In this document: positions 33,590-45,200 of the stretch, piece by piece | Position numbering within the stretch: the stretch's first letter is position 1 | Layout: every line of letters starts with the position of its first letter | Assembly: GCA_000002445.1 (NCBI GenBank) | Contig: CP000066.1 | Span: forward strand, 1,088,001-1,152,000 | From: Trypanosoma brucei | Lineage: Eukaryota | Length of the DNA stretch: 64,000 nucleotides | Direction of reading: 5' to 3' | Translations under genes and position numbers: made by a program | Notes under the pieces: generated by a model | Databases searched by the model: none | What the model saw: only the letters and a program-made list of their open reading frames with translations | What the model was told of the DNA's origin: nothing

Positions 33590-36500
33590 AACTCCCCTTC
33601 TTTTCCCTTCCCTTCCCTTTCCTTCCCTATCCAAAGGCGGCTAACAAAAAGAAAAAAAAAGAAGAGCATGAGGAGGAGGAGGAGGAGGAGGAGGAGGGAA
33701 AACAAAAACAAAAACAAACACAAACACACACACAAGGAGGGTTCGAAATGAAGCGTGTCGCCTCCATTTTTTTTTCTTTTTCCCACCACCACTCTCGCCT
33801 CTGTAGTTGCTGCAGCTTTCTCTTCCCTTCTTTCATCTGTTGTTTTTTCCACCATTTTCTTTCTGTGTGTTTTGCTTCTCTTACAGAAATTAAACTTTTA
33901 TTCCTATTTGTATTGCCTTTTCTTTCTTGTGGAAACGTTCCGTTCACCATCAGAAGTTACTCTTGTTCCTCGCAAAGGTCGCAAAGGATTAACGTGATTA
34001 TTATTATTATCTTTAAAAGGAAGAAAGAGGGAAATAAAGAGAAGGAGAGTCAAATTTCATAGGCAACATCGCGTTAAATATGGACTAACGCGGCGATTAA
34101 GTGGTCAAAAGTTACTCGACCAACAAAGTCAATGGTATCGCCGGTAGCGTCAAAAATAAAAAGTGCATCTCACCGGATCATCCCTCAATAGCGCACCAAA
34201 CAGTCCTCCACGTGAGAGCGGAAGCAAAAGGCAGAAAAGGTGCATGAACAAATGCGGAATAAGCCCCGCGCCCTAATAGCAACAGAAATAGTAAAAATGG
34301 TATCGTCGCCGCCCAAGAAAAAAATTAAATTGTAACTCCCCCCATTCAAAACCGAAAATACGAGAAGATCATAAATAAAACAGCATTCTCACTTTGGCAG
34401 TATCGGCTTTCAAAAGATTCCACAGCTATTCACACAAAAAAAATAAATAAAATTTACACAACCCGTTTTCAAGAATAAAAAACACAGATCTATATAAAAT
34501 CCATCAAAAGCGAAAAAAAAAATAATGAACAAAGAGTAAGGGAAATGCTATACTATCAGCCGCCGCGTCTTTTCCCATAAAAAGAAATCGAGACATAAGT
34601 CTCGCCCCCGTCGCTCTTTAAAAGACCCCTCCCCTTTTTTTCCGTGTGGCCCAGGGCGGTGGGGAAACGGAAGGGTGTGTGTTTGTATGCTTTTGGGGCC
34701 GCCTGATTTGTCAGGGTGGCCCAGGGCGGTGGGGAAACGGAAGGGTGTGTGTTTGTATGCTTTTGGGGCCGCCTGATTTGTCAGGGTGGCCCAGGGCGGT
34801 GGGGAAACGGAAGGGTGTGTGTTTGTCTGCTTTTGGGGCCGCCTGATTTGTCAGGGTGGCCCAGGGCGGTGGGGAAATGGAAGGGTGTGTGTTTGTATGC
34901 TTTTGGGGCCGCCTGATTTGTCAGGGTGGCCCAGGGCGGTGGGGAAATGGAAGGGTGTGTGTTTGTATGCTTTTGGGGCCGCCTGATTTGTCAGGGTGGC
35001 CCAGGGCGGTGGGGAAACGGAAGGGTGTGTGTTTGTATGCTTTTGGGGCCGCCTGATTTGTCAGGGTGGCCCAGGGCGGTGGGGAAACGGAAGGGTGTGT
35101 GTTTGTATGCTTTTGGGGCCGCCTGATTTGTCAGGGTGGCCCAGGGCGGTGGGGAAATGGAAGGGTGTGTGTTTGTATGCTTTTGGGGCCGCCTGATTTG
35201 TCAGGGTGGCCCAGGGCGGTGGGGAAACGGAAAGGTGTGTGTTTGTATGCTTTTGGGGCAGCCTGATTTGTCAGGGTGGCCCAGGGCGGCGGGGAAACGG
35301 AAGGGTGTGTGTTTGTATGCTTTTGGGGCCGCCTGATTTGTCAGGGTGGCCCAGGGCGGTGGGGAAACGGAAGGGTGTGTGTTTGTATGCTTTTGGGGCA
35401 GCCTGATTTGTCAGGGTGGCCCAGGGCGGTGGGGAAACGGAAGGGTGTGTGTTTGTATGCTTTTGGGGCCGCCTGATTTGTCAGGGTGGCCCAGGGCGGT
35501 GGGGAAATGGGCGGGGGGTTGTGAAGTCTTTTATGTGGGCGGTGTTTGGTGCTGGGCGAATTCGGATGTGATTGTTATGCGTTGCTTGTGTTCCTGCGTA
35601 ACCTTATTTTCCCCCTTTTTTTGAGGTGAGAGAAAAGGTTCGGAAAGGGCGAAACATGGAAGGGAAACGGGACTGCCTGGTGTCGGTTGAGCAGTTTTTC
35701 CGGCGAGTTCACTGCTCACACGCGTTTTGTGGGACAGAAAATCCGACAGCTGCCCGGAGGCAAGTGAATCGGGCGCTTGTGTGGATGGCAGGCGGGGATC
35801 GGGCGTCCGGTAAGGACGGTGATGCCGGGAAGCGCGGTCGTTAGGGCCAACGGTCGTGGCGGCGCGGTGGGGGGCGCTTGATCCTTAACTTTGGAAGGTG
35901 CGTCTCCCTTTTTTTTTTGAAGTAAACTTTGGAAGTTATTTTAACCAGGTGGACGGTGGTTGCGCTACTGTTTTAGTTTTTTTTTCTTTATGCTTTTTAG
36001 AATGCTCTTTGCGGCGGGGCGATTGAAAGTCGCCTCGGCTTGGGGGTGCGCTTTTTTTTTTATTATCATTATGCAGGCGGGAAAGCGTTGAGCTTTTCGG
36101 GGGGACGGGCTTCCGCCAAAAGCTCTTGTGGGTGGAGGTGCAGTTTTATAAGGGGCGGCAGCGACAAAGCTGTTTCTAATGCTCCCTCTTTTTTTTTTGC
36201 ATTTCGGTGGCCCTGAGGGTTAGTTCCTCAAAGAAATCCGCTGCAGCAGCTTAATTCATTCGAGCGTCATCGGAGGGACACGGGGGACTTGTATGAGGGA
36301 CGACGGGTTCGGCAAGTGGAGAGTGGCGCCGTCGCACCCTTTTTTCGAAGTCAAGAAGGTGTGCAGAGAAAACCTTTTGAATGGTTTTGGCACCGTTTTG
36401 TTTCTTTTTAGAGGAGAAAGGGGAAACACGGCCCACTTTGACGTGTGGTGTGGCTCTGGGAGAACTCTAACCGCTTATTTTCAATGAAAGCCTTTCCCTG

Positions 36501-39209
36501 CTCCGAGTTCCGGCGCGAAAGAGAAGCACGCGTTGGGGTTTGGGAAAGGGGGGTGCAGCAGAGAAGGCTTGGGGAGCATCCTTTCAAAACGTCCCTGCAA
36601 TCCTTCTTGCCCACCGAAATAAAAAATTTCTTCATGACCTTTCCCTAATCCATGTTTTTTTCAGAAAAAATTCATGTATTTTTTTCTTCTTAGAACTTTG
36701 CTTAAATCAGGAGTGCCTTAAATAAAGTAAGGCGCTAACACTTTCGCCGGATTTATTAAAGGGTGTTCCTACCTCAGTTCCCCCAGCTTTGAAACTTTCG
36801 ACTTTCACCAACCCATGCCCCACAAGGGTCGTCAAGTTAGTGATGTAGCGGTTCGAGATGCGCCCCGCCAAGTCGGTGTAAGAAAGGCCTGTGACCGGTT
36901 TGCCAACAACACGAAAGGCGCTAGCGTCAGGCCCGGTTGTTGCCGCCTCTGTTCGTGCTTGAGCCGCCTTGCTTAAGAAATTCGTGGCGGAGACGCTCGG
37001 CTTTTTCTTGTGAAAAGACAAACCCCCTTCCGCGGTGTTGCCCGTTTCGCATCTCCCCGGAACGGCGGAAGTTGCTTGGGGGGGGGGGGGGAGGGCGGGA
37101 TGCCCTGTGCCCGTATTCATCTGCATGCTGCGCTGGTCTTGCGTTCCGTAGTCTTGCCGATTTTGCGTCGGCTTGCTGCTTCCCGCTCCCGTTGGCCGCT
37201 CTGTTCTCTGTTCGACGGACCCCTCACGACCGGTGCTGCAACCTGTTTTTTGGAAGGGCACGTGACGTGCAACGTGCCCGGGACGACACACCCGCATTCG
37301 CCTTATCGGCCGGCGGCCCTTTAGCCGCGCGTGTATGCGGAGGGAGAAGGGGGAGGGGAGGGGATGTGCTCAGAAAGCCGCGGAGGTGCATTGGACGCTG
37401 CCTTTGACCGTGGTGAATTACATTGAGGGGTTCGTGTATTCATCTGGTTTTGGCAGCGCCAGTGGCTATGACAGTCGTTCCTTGGGGCGCATTTTATTGG
37501 GGTCGGGGTGTCAGAGGAATCTTTTCCAATTTGCCGTGCACTTTTCTCACCGCAGGGCATTGCCGCTCCGCTGCACAGGGAAGGTCCCGCTCGATGAGGC
37601 GGGTGGTCTTCTGCCCCCTATAAGAGACGCAAATCGAAGGTCAGCTCAAGTCGAATATTTACTTTCTACGGGCGCCGGGGCAACGGCCTCACCCGTTCTA
37701 AAATGGGGGACTGCAGAACGTTACCGCTCGTTCGGGAAGGGCTGGACGTGGTTGAAGGTCCGAAAACAACGAAAGCTTTGGAAAGTGTAGCGTTTACGCT
37801 GTAGCTTTCGAATATTAAGTAGCCCGCTATGGCGGCAGCCCGTTTTCCCCATAGCTTCAATGAAAGCACGGTAAGATTGGAGCAACCGAGCGGGAATCGG
37901 TGCTCATTAGCCATGGGAAAGTGATGCAAGCTCTCATCGTGATGTGTGGGGCGCCTGCGCGCCAGAGGGCGAAAGCGGGAAAGCGACAGTAGATTACTGC
38001 CCGGAGCGGCGTTTCAAAGTAACCAGTGACGTGGGCTCAATCCGACTGAGACCGGTTAAGGGAGAGCAGTTCCCCCACCGGAACCACTTGCAAACAAGGC
38101 TGCAACGTGAAAGCTGGAAAGGCTGCCGAAATTTTTGACGGTGGTCGTGGATTTGCCTTCCTGCGCACGGCAAAACCGGGGGTGGCGTAGAAAGCATCGA
38201 TCAGTTCGGACGGCGGTAGCATAACGCTAGCGGTGGAAAACGGTTTGGCCAGGGTCTCGGAGACAATGTCCAGCAGGACTCTGAAGGAGGTGAGAAAAGA
38301 CAACTAACGGCGCAGGATGGCCTTGACAACGCCGTTGCATCCGCTGACCGGTAACCGGTGGCCATGAAAAAAAGACGTGGGGCGATGGCGTGCGGACAGC
38401 CGGTGGCAGAAGCTTCCGGTATTTCCCGACGTGGCGGACGATGTGCTTTTGCCCTCCCGCACGTGATTCCGCGCTCCTTTGTGCACGCACCGTCCCCTTC
38501 CGCCACCAACCGAAGCTCACGGCCAATTTTAAACGGGTCGAAATGCGGTTTCGAAGGTCCCACAGCCGCGCGGCTTCGCGCTAACGAAGAACCTCTATAC
38601 GATCCGATGGCGGATTTTCGGGTGCCACAGAAAACGATATCCCACGCGGGGGAGCAACGCCCAGCCGCCCGCGGAAATTCCGAGGGGCGCTGACGCGCGA
38701 CGGGAGCGCCGTTCGGCGAATGGAACGTCTCCGGGTCCCTCTTTACCTGCGGTCCACACTACCTTCAAAATATTTGCGGGCACCTTCCCGACGAGACCTG
38801 TGCAGACAAAGTTGCAGTTCATCCAACCCAGCTTGAAACACAAAGAAACGAAAAGCAAGCATCTACGAAACCCGCGAAGCAGTGACAGCAATAACGGAGC
38901 AACTCACCCGCAGCAATCTAGGCACAGTAGATGAGTTGAGCCATCTCTTTCTTTCTTTTCAGTTACCTTACGGCAGCCCCAGGTGCACGTCCGCAAGGTA
39001 AACGCTAATAGAGGTCAGAACCATGTCGTATCGGTTGCGACGTACTTCTATCCCTTTTTCTTCGTAGTGTACCGGTCTTCCTTCACCCCATTACCTTACC
39101 TTCGCTCCCTTCCTTCAATCCCCTTTGTGGCGCAGAAGCGCCTTGCGCTTGCCGATGCCAGTCCCAGTCCATATTGAATTCGCAACTCCTCTGCAGTGCC
39201 TTTGGACCC
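33590..39209. other. convergent strand-switch region between plus-strand and minus-strand polycistronic units (probable RNA pol II termination zone)
   Basis: All credible genes upstream of this region are on the plus strand and all credible genes downstream are on the minus strand. This 5.6-kb region has no credible long ORF. Intergenic pyrimidine tracts are T-rich on the plus strand before it and A-rich on the plus strand after it. Confidence 0.75.
34640..35510. repeat. tandem array of about 12.5 units of a 70-bp G-rich repeat
   Basis: The unit 'gtcagggtggcccagggcggtggggaaacggaagggtgtgtgtttgtatgcttttggggccgcctgattt' recurs at exactly 70-bp spacing; the ORF-track starts from 34646 to 35346 step by 70. 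Units differ only by rare point variants (aaacgg/aaatgg, tatgc/tctgc, gccgcc/gcagcc). Confidence 0.95.
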
Positions 39210-42200
39210 CTACATTTCAATACCCTCGGCGTAGTTCTGGTAGCGGTCGTAGAGAACCGTTCGAACGTTCTCCCTGGATTCTGCGATCCGCTTCCGCATG
39301 AAGTCTGCTGCCCACGCTTCACTCTTATGCATCGCGAGGCGCCAGGACAGATCGTGAATTGTCTTTTTGGGCTTAAAGCAAGGAAGACCACTGCTGAGCA
39401 TCAGTTCAACAAGCACACAAATCTCGTGGGCGTATTGTCGAACAGCGAGGAAGCAACGAATCGTCAGGTCCACAAATAGATTGTAGCTCTCCAGATCCAC
39501 TAGAGCTTTTGCGAGGGAGGGGCTTGGTTGCTTCCCTTTCCCTTCATTCACCGGGTACCCCATGAGCTGCGCCATTTCCAGGGTTAACTTGAACGGGGAC
39601 GACTCGAAGTTGATGTCGCCTCCCGGTGAAAGGTCAAACAAAAACCCGAAGTCTATGTGCACCAAGTGGCCATAGGAGTCGATAAGAATATTGCCGTTGT
39701 GACGGTCCTTTATGTTGAGGACGAAAGAAGCGGTGGCATATGAGGCCATGCTTCGGATAAAACACTCCCGAGCGCGATGGAATCTTACGGATTCTGGGTA
39801 GCCGTAGGTCTGTACAAAGTACTCCGAGAGGTTACCTTCCACCAGTTTCCCAATCTGATCACGACTCATTGCCCGGGGAACACACTCGATAACACCACAA
39901 TCCCTCCCGGTGGCAACCACCTTGTACGGATAAAGAAAGGATGGTAGCTGGATGGAGTCAAACACACGGCGGAAGAGCCCTATCAGTTGCAATGCAAGTT
40001 GATCCTGCCTGCAATCATCCCCCATCTTGAAAATGCAGAGCTTTGACGTTACCGCTTCTTTATCCGAGCCGGTCGCCTCTCCTTGTGCATTTTCCCCGTC
40101 CCGACTATTCTGCGGAACGCAGTGAAACTCCACCATGATGGGGCACTTTGCCGCGCTCTGCATTGCACCAGCGGTGTCAGGGCGAAGGGCGACGATTCTC
40201 CAGTTGGGATCTGTGGGCAAATATAAGTGCTGTCCACCGATAGAGTCGTGGAATTCCTTATCGCGCAACCGAAGGCGGAGCCTTCCCTTTCGAAGCGGCC
40301 TCTCGATAGGCATCATTTCTCCAGACAAGGAAATAATTCGGTCAATGAAATTGAACTCACCGTCATGGAAAGCTTTCCTTGAGGCATTGAAGGAGTGCCG
40401 GATCTCCGACGCGAGCTGGGAGCACTTCCGTGCGTGCTCGCTATCTCCACCCCCTTCCGCTTGTAGGGACCAAAGGAGCTGGTGCTCAAACGTTTGGCTC
40501 CTTTTGCACATTTTCTTCAAGAAAGACGGCACGGCCCCGATTGGGTCCTCTGAAAGTATCTGAAGTATTTGAGGGAGGTAAAACGTAAGCGAGTCGCACT
40601 TTTTACACAAAAGGCTGCGAAGGGCGTACGCGGAGACCTGCGGGTACCGAGTCGCATACCGCGCGTGCAGATGGCGGAGGGACTGCACAAGACCACCGTT
40701 CCTGAAGAGGTGGAGCGCAGGATACCCGTTGACCAGCGTTACGCTGTTCAAATAGAGATCCACTGCTCCAGGTATATTGCAGTAGAGCTCTGGATTCTCA
40801 GAGACGATTTGCGCAGCCCAACCCACCACATGTCTGTTGGGAAACCGCGCCACCAACGCAACCAGTACTGCGGGGTCGCTTTCTGACGCCGCCGTGCAGT
40901 GCGATAACCATTCGCCACTGGAAATGGCGTCAAAATAGTCGCGGGACGGCGTTGAGAGGGAATCGGAAGGATGGAGCCAAACGAGGAGTCGATGGTGCTC
41001 GTGTTTGACCAGGAGTTGCAGGAGTCGGATGAGGCTCATTAGCCGTTCCCGCTCAGCGGCAATCAGGCTTTCAATGTCCGTGAAAGTTCCACCCGCAATG
41101 TCTTCACCTATCCTGCGCTGCGCGACACTTCCCACAAGCGTCAGGTTGACAAGGGTGGAATCAGCTGACTTTTCTGGTGAGGCAAAGTCCAGAAACCCAT
41201 CGCTAGAACGTGACAATGCTTTCATGTCCCTGTCCAACATTTCCATAAGTTTTCGCAAGGCCGCTAGTTCCTTCTCCGCGGCCGTGCGGTCCCGCGAGAA
41301 GTACCAAGAAGGCGGCGTCTTTTGAAACCAGTGCATCAAACAGCGATAAAAGCCTTGGCGCAGGGCTCCGACGAAGAAGGCGGGGGTTAGGGCCGGCAAA
41401 CCCTCGCGCGCACGGCACTCGTTTGCAGCTTGTAAATTACGGCAAATGAGACCTATCATCAGGACGCAGCGCGTCATTTCCGAGAAGGACGCATCTTTTG
41501 TGGAGAGCCTGGACGGAGTTTTCACAATCCTCAAGGCGAGTTGCTTTAAAAGGTGGAGAACGGGCGGGACAAATGATACTGGCCCGCCCTCATCGACATA
41601 GCACGCAATTAAAAACTCGGCGAGAAGCTTATGTGGAGAGTTCGTGGCATAATCATGTGAGTAAATGGCCGCATCCCTCCTTAACTGTGGTTTCCTGCCT
41701 GACTCCACTTCGTCAAGGCCTCTCGGTCGGGAGCCGTCAAACAGTCCAACACGATGGGTAATTGTCCACACAAATCCCTCTACAACTTCTGCTAGCAGTG
41801 GGGCTGCAAAGAGCCCCGGTCTCTCAAATAAGATCCACCTCCAGCAACTGATGGCCTTGGCCAGGGCGTCGCTTGAAAACGAACGGATGGGGTACTGCAC
41901 GATGCACCGCAGAAGGCTTATATGCATTGATGTACCAAGCCGCGCGCTCGTCAGGAGCACAACCGCGGAGCAAGCTAGTGTGTCACTTTCATGCAGCTTA
42001 TCTGACAAGGTCTGACCACTAGGTGGGGTACATGTGGACGTCCAGGAACCCCGGTGAACCGTGTCCTCCGCTTCCCCACCTTGGCAACCACGACTAAAAT
42101 CATCCACACCTATTTCACCAGACAGAGCGTTCGTCAACGTCACGAACTGCTGCTCCCTTAGTTGTTTACTCAAACCGAAGGTCTTCACAAGGTCCTCTCC

Positions 42201-45200
42201 CGCTTCCTGCAGGTGCTGAAGCAGCAACTGATCAGCACCACCATGGGTTGCTACCCGAAAGAGTGCCCTAACGTGGCCCTTTGCGTTACTCCTCCTTATG
42301 AGGCTTCGCTCACACATCGGCTTCGACGTTGCCGATAAACCCCCAGCGTTGTGTGCACGAAGGGCCAGGCTTAACCCGATGCCGGGCTCGACCGTGCCGT
42401 ACGTCGGCTGTTCAACGATGAAACGCTCGGCATGTTCCCGCAAGGCGATGGGGGAGCCTTGCTCTGCTAGCTGGGCCCAATGCACTGCAAAAGAGACGGC
42501 ATCACTCAACTGTTTTCGTCGTTCCGGGGATTCCGGATCCGCAGCGACGGCGGGGGGCTCCAACATTTGCTTTGATTGGCAGTAAAGCTCCACCTCTGCT
42601 GCACTTCCCTTTTCAAGCACGCCGATGACGTCCCACAGAAGTGGAAGAGCCTGGCAAGTCCCCACAAACGACGGGAAGGCTGATATAATTTTACTTAGTA
42701 TTTCTTTGGCGGAGCGCCTTACTGATTGAACGGCGAAACCATATAATAAGACGAGTTGTGGTACGTCCGCCTCGATCCGTTTCGCGGCCGTGTCGGGAGA
42801 CGTGGCTTTCAACGCTGAGAGATACCGATTTGTTGCAGCAGCCGTTAGGCACGACGTTGCTGCCCGGAAATCTGCACTAGCGTCGAACTCACAAATTTCG
42901 AACCGGTGGTACTGTGCAATAGTTGAGATGAAGCCGCAGGAAGCTCGGAGGATTTCGAGGGTTGCCAGCGCATGAAAAAGAAAAAGTTCAGAAAACGGCA
43001 ATCGGCGCCCCACCGACGATACACCAGGGCAGCAGTCTTCCAGGTATTGCAGCAACCCCTTTCTGTAAGGCTTTATGGCGTGGCTGTCAGTGCTGTAGTT
43101 GCGCAAATGACGTTCCAAAAGTTCAATATCACTCATGACCTGTTGGTAATCGGTGGATCGCATGCGCAAAAGCTGTGGTGATAAAGAGGCAAGGAGGCGC
43201 ACGCACTTCGTTTGGTTCCAAGACAACACGTACTCACCCCCACGGGGTTGCTTAACATCTGATGATCCCTCCGCACCTTTTCCCTCAGCTTGCGTTAGGA
43301 GCATCACCTTGGAAGTAAAGCCATAATACGTAAGCATCAGCCAATAGGAGCGCAGCTGGGCGGCGTCGCTGTCATCATAGAGTGGAAGACTCATGCTATT
43401 AGGCTGAATGCCACTGTGGTGCATGAAAGAGTCTGTACTTTCCAACTGCTTGAACCTCTGCACGTTATCACGGTAACTCTTGAGACACTGTACGTCTTTT
43501 TCAGGCAAAAGTGTGAGAAGCTGGCAGAGCAGACACAACGGTTGCAGGAACAGCGAAAGCGTCGCAAGGGCCACCTCGCTCATATCGGAACGCATATGGT
43601 GACCGTTCTGCGTTTCCTTCCCACCGTCAATGTTAGTGTCGTAAATAATCCCGGAGCCTGGCCACAAACAGTTGATCATGCATCGGAGGACCGAGTGTAG
43701 TAGGAGACGCAGTACCTTTCCCTCGTTGTTGATCGCCTCAACAAGAGGCGATTTGTTCCATTCATCGCCGGCATCGCCCGAAGCATTGTGGGGTAAATCT
43801 CGAAGCGCCTCACGGACCATCGCAAGGACACGATCATGGCAACGCCGAGTAAGGTGCCAAAAAGCGTCCGCCGTGACCTGTAGTTCGTTGCCTGGAAACT
43901 GTTTATTTGTATGCGACAATTCGATACACCGAGTGTGGGCTCGCAGAGTGTCCTCCACCGTATCAAACAGCAGCTGGGTGTACCGACGTAGACTCTCGTA
44001 AGGCAACGGATTGCACAACGAATGGTGCCTCGACAAGAGAACACGGTTCATCATCTCAAAGCACACAGAAAAGCGCAGCGATACGTCGACGGGACCTTGA
44101 TCCAAACGTCCCTCAACGTTACTCCCTGCTTCATCAGCACCGTCCCCCAACTGCTGCAACCCGTCATTTCGCGTTACAGCATCGTTGACCTCTGTGCTGA
44201 CAAGGGCGCGTATGTAAGCATTTGTGGCACACAGTCCCTGCAAGCAGAGCGCGGCGGTTCGGCTTCTCGTCTCCACATTGGATGATGTGGCAATTCCCAG
44301 ATTTCCCGCCCTTAAAATGCAACGAATGAGTTCATGTGTTACTTGTTCAACACCACCGTAAAATTTGTTGGAAAATTGTATTCTCCTCATTTTGGCCCCT
44401 AAGACCGAGAAGGGATGTGTACTTGTCGACAGCGCTCTGCCATCGGTGGATGCGACGAACGCCAGAACTTTTGCACTGTGCTCCGCAATATCTTGGTGAA
44501 GCGACACCACCGGCCCAGCCGTACCAATCGCGGCGAAAGCACTCTTGGGTAGGAGAAGAAACTTAACGATGTTGCCAATCACCCCGAGGCGAAGGGCGTC
44601 TTCCTCCATGGAGGGCACATACCCCGCATCACCTGAGCCGTTACCACGCTCGTGTTGTTGTCCGCTGTGCGCGTTGTGTTGGCAAGTGCTGTTGACTATG
44701 GCGTAGCACCGAATACGCTCCAGCTCCGCTTGGAGCAAGCTCACCACTACAGCACGCAGGCTGGTCCCATACAATACAAAACTACGATTTTGAACCTTGC
44801 CCCATTTGTCCTCAGAATCCTGAAGAACCGCCCAGACGCCTTCAATGAGCGTTTCGGCTTCGACAACCTCCCTTCGGTCAACAAAATTAGATATTGAACA
44901 GCAGGAAGTAGTTCCCCCATCCCCATTTCCCCCACTACGTGCTGCACTGTCGCCCGGACAGGAAATTGACATCGCAGTTTCCTTCAGCCACCCCATTAGA
45001 AGCCTCAGCGTAGCTGCCACTAATCGCGCCTGGATGCCCTCCCTTCGCTGGAGGCCCCTGAGTATATATTCCGGCCGTAACAGCGTTAGACACCAATAGC
45101 GCAATTTGGTATAGCAGACACCATGAACCGATGATAGTGCTTCCACAAGGTAACACAAAAGCTCCTTGTATGGAGGATCCCTTCGATGTGAGGATGTAAC

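Noticed and set aside
34640-35510. Whether the regular repeat array could be a CRISPR array
   Set aside because: The units are contiguous with no unique spacers. The repeat is not palindromic in the CRISPR manner. The context is a eukaryotic kinetoplastid chromosome with no cas genes.
34646-35624. Eleven near-identical 66-aa ORFs ('MAQGGGETEGCVFVCFWGRLICQGG...') on the plus strand
   Set aside because: They start at exactly 70-bp intervals and are simply one reading frame of the 70-bp tandem repeat. They are not a tandem gene family.
36707-38693. ORFs of 100–196 aa on both strands in the GC-rich block (for example 36707–37297 minus, 37335–37790 plus, 38201–38563 minus)
   Set aside because: They overlap on opposite strands, have no recognisable motifs, and lack the directional pyrimidine-tract context of real genes. 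I attribute them to high GC content, although a decayed pseudogene cannot be excluded.
35600-39200. Searched for tRNA genes (A-box TRGCNNAGTGG, B-box GGTTCGANTCC on either strand), which often sit at kinetoplastid strand-switch regions
   Set aside because: I saw no canonical B-box or cloverleaf-compatible match by eye. For example 'gcggttcgagatgcg' at about 36850 lacks a pairing T-stem. tRNAscan-SE would be needed to be certain.
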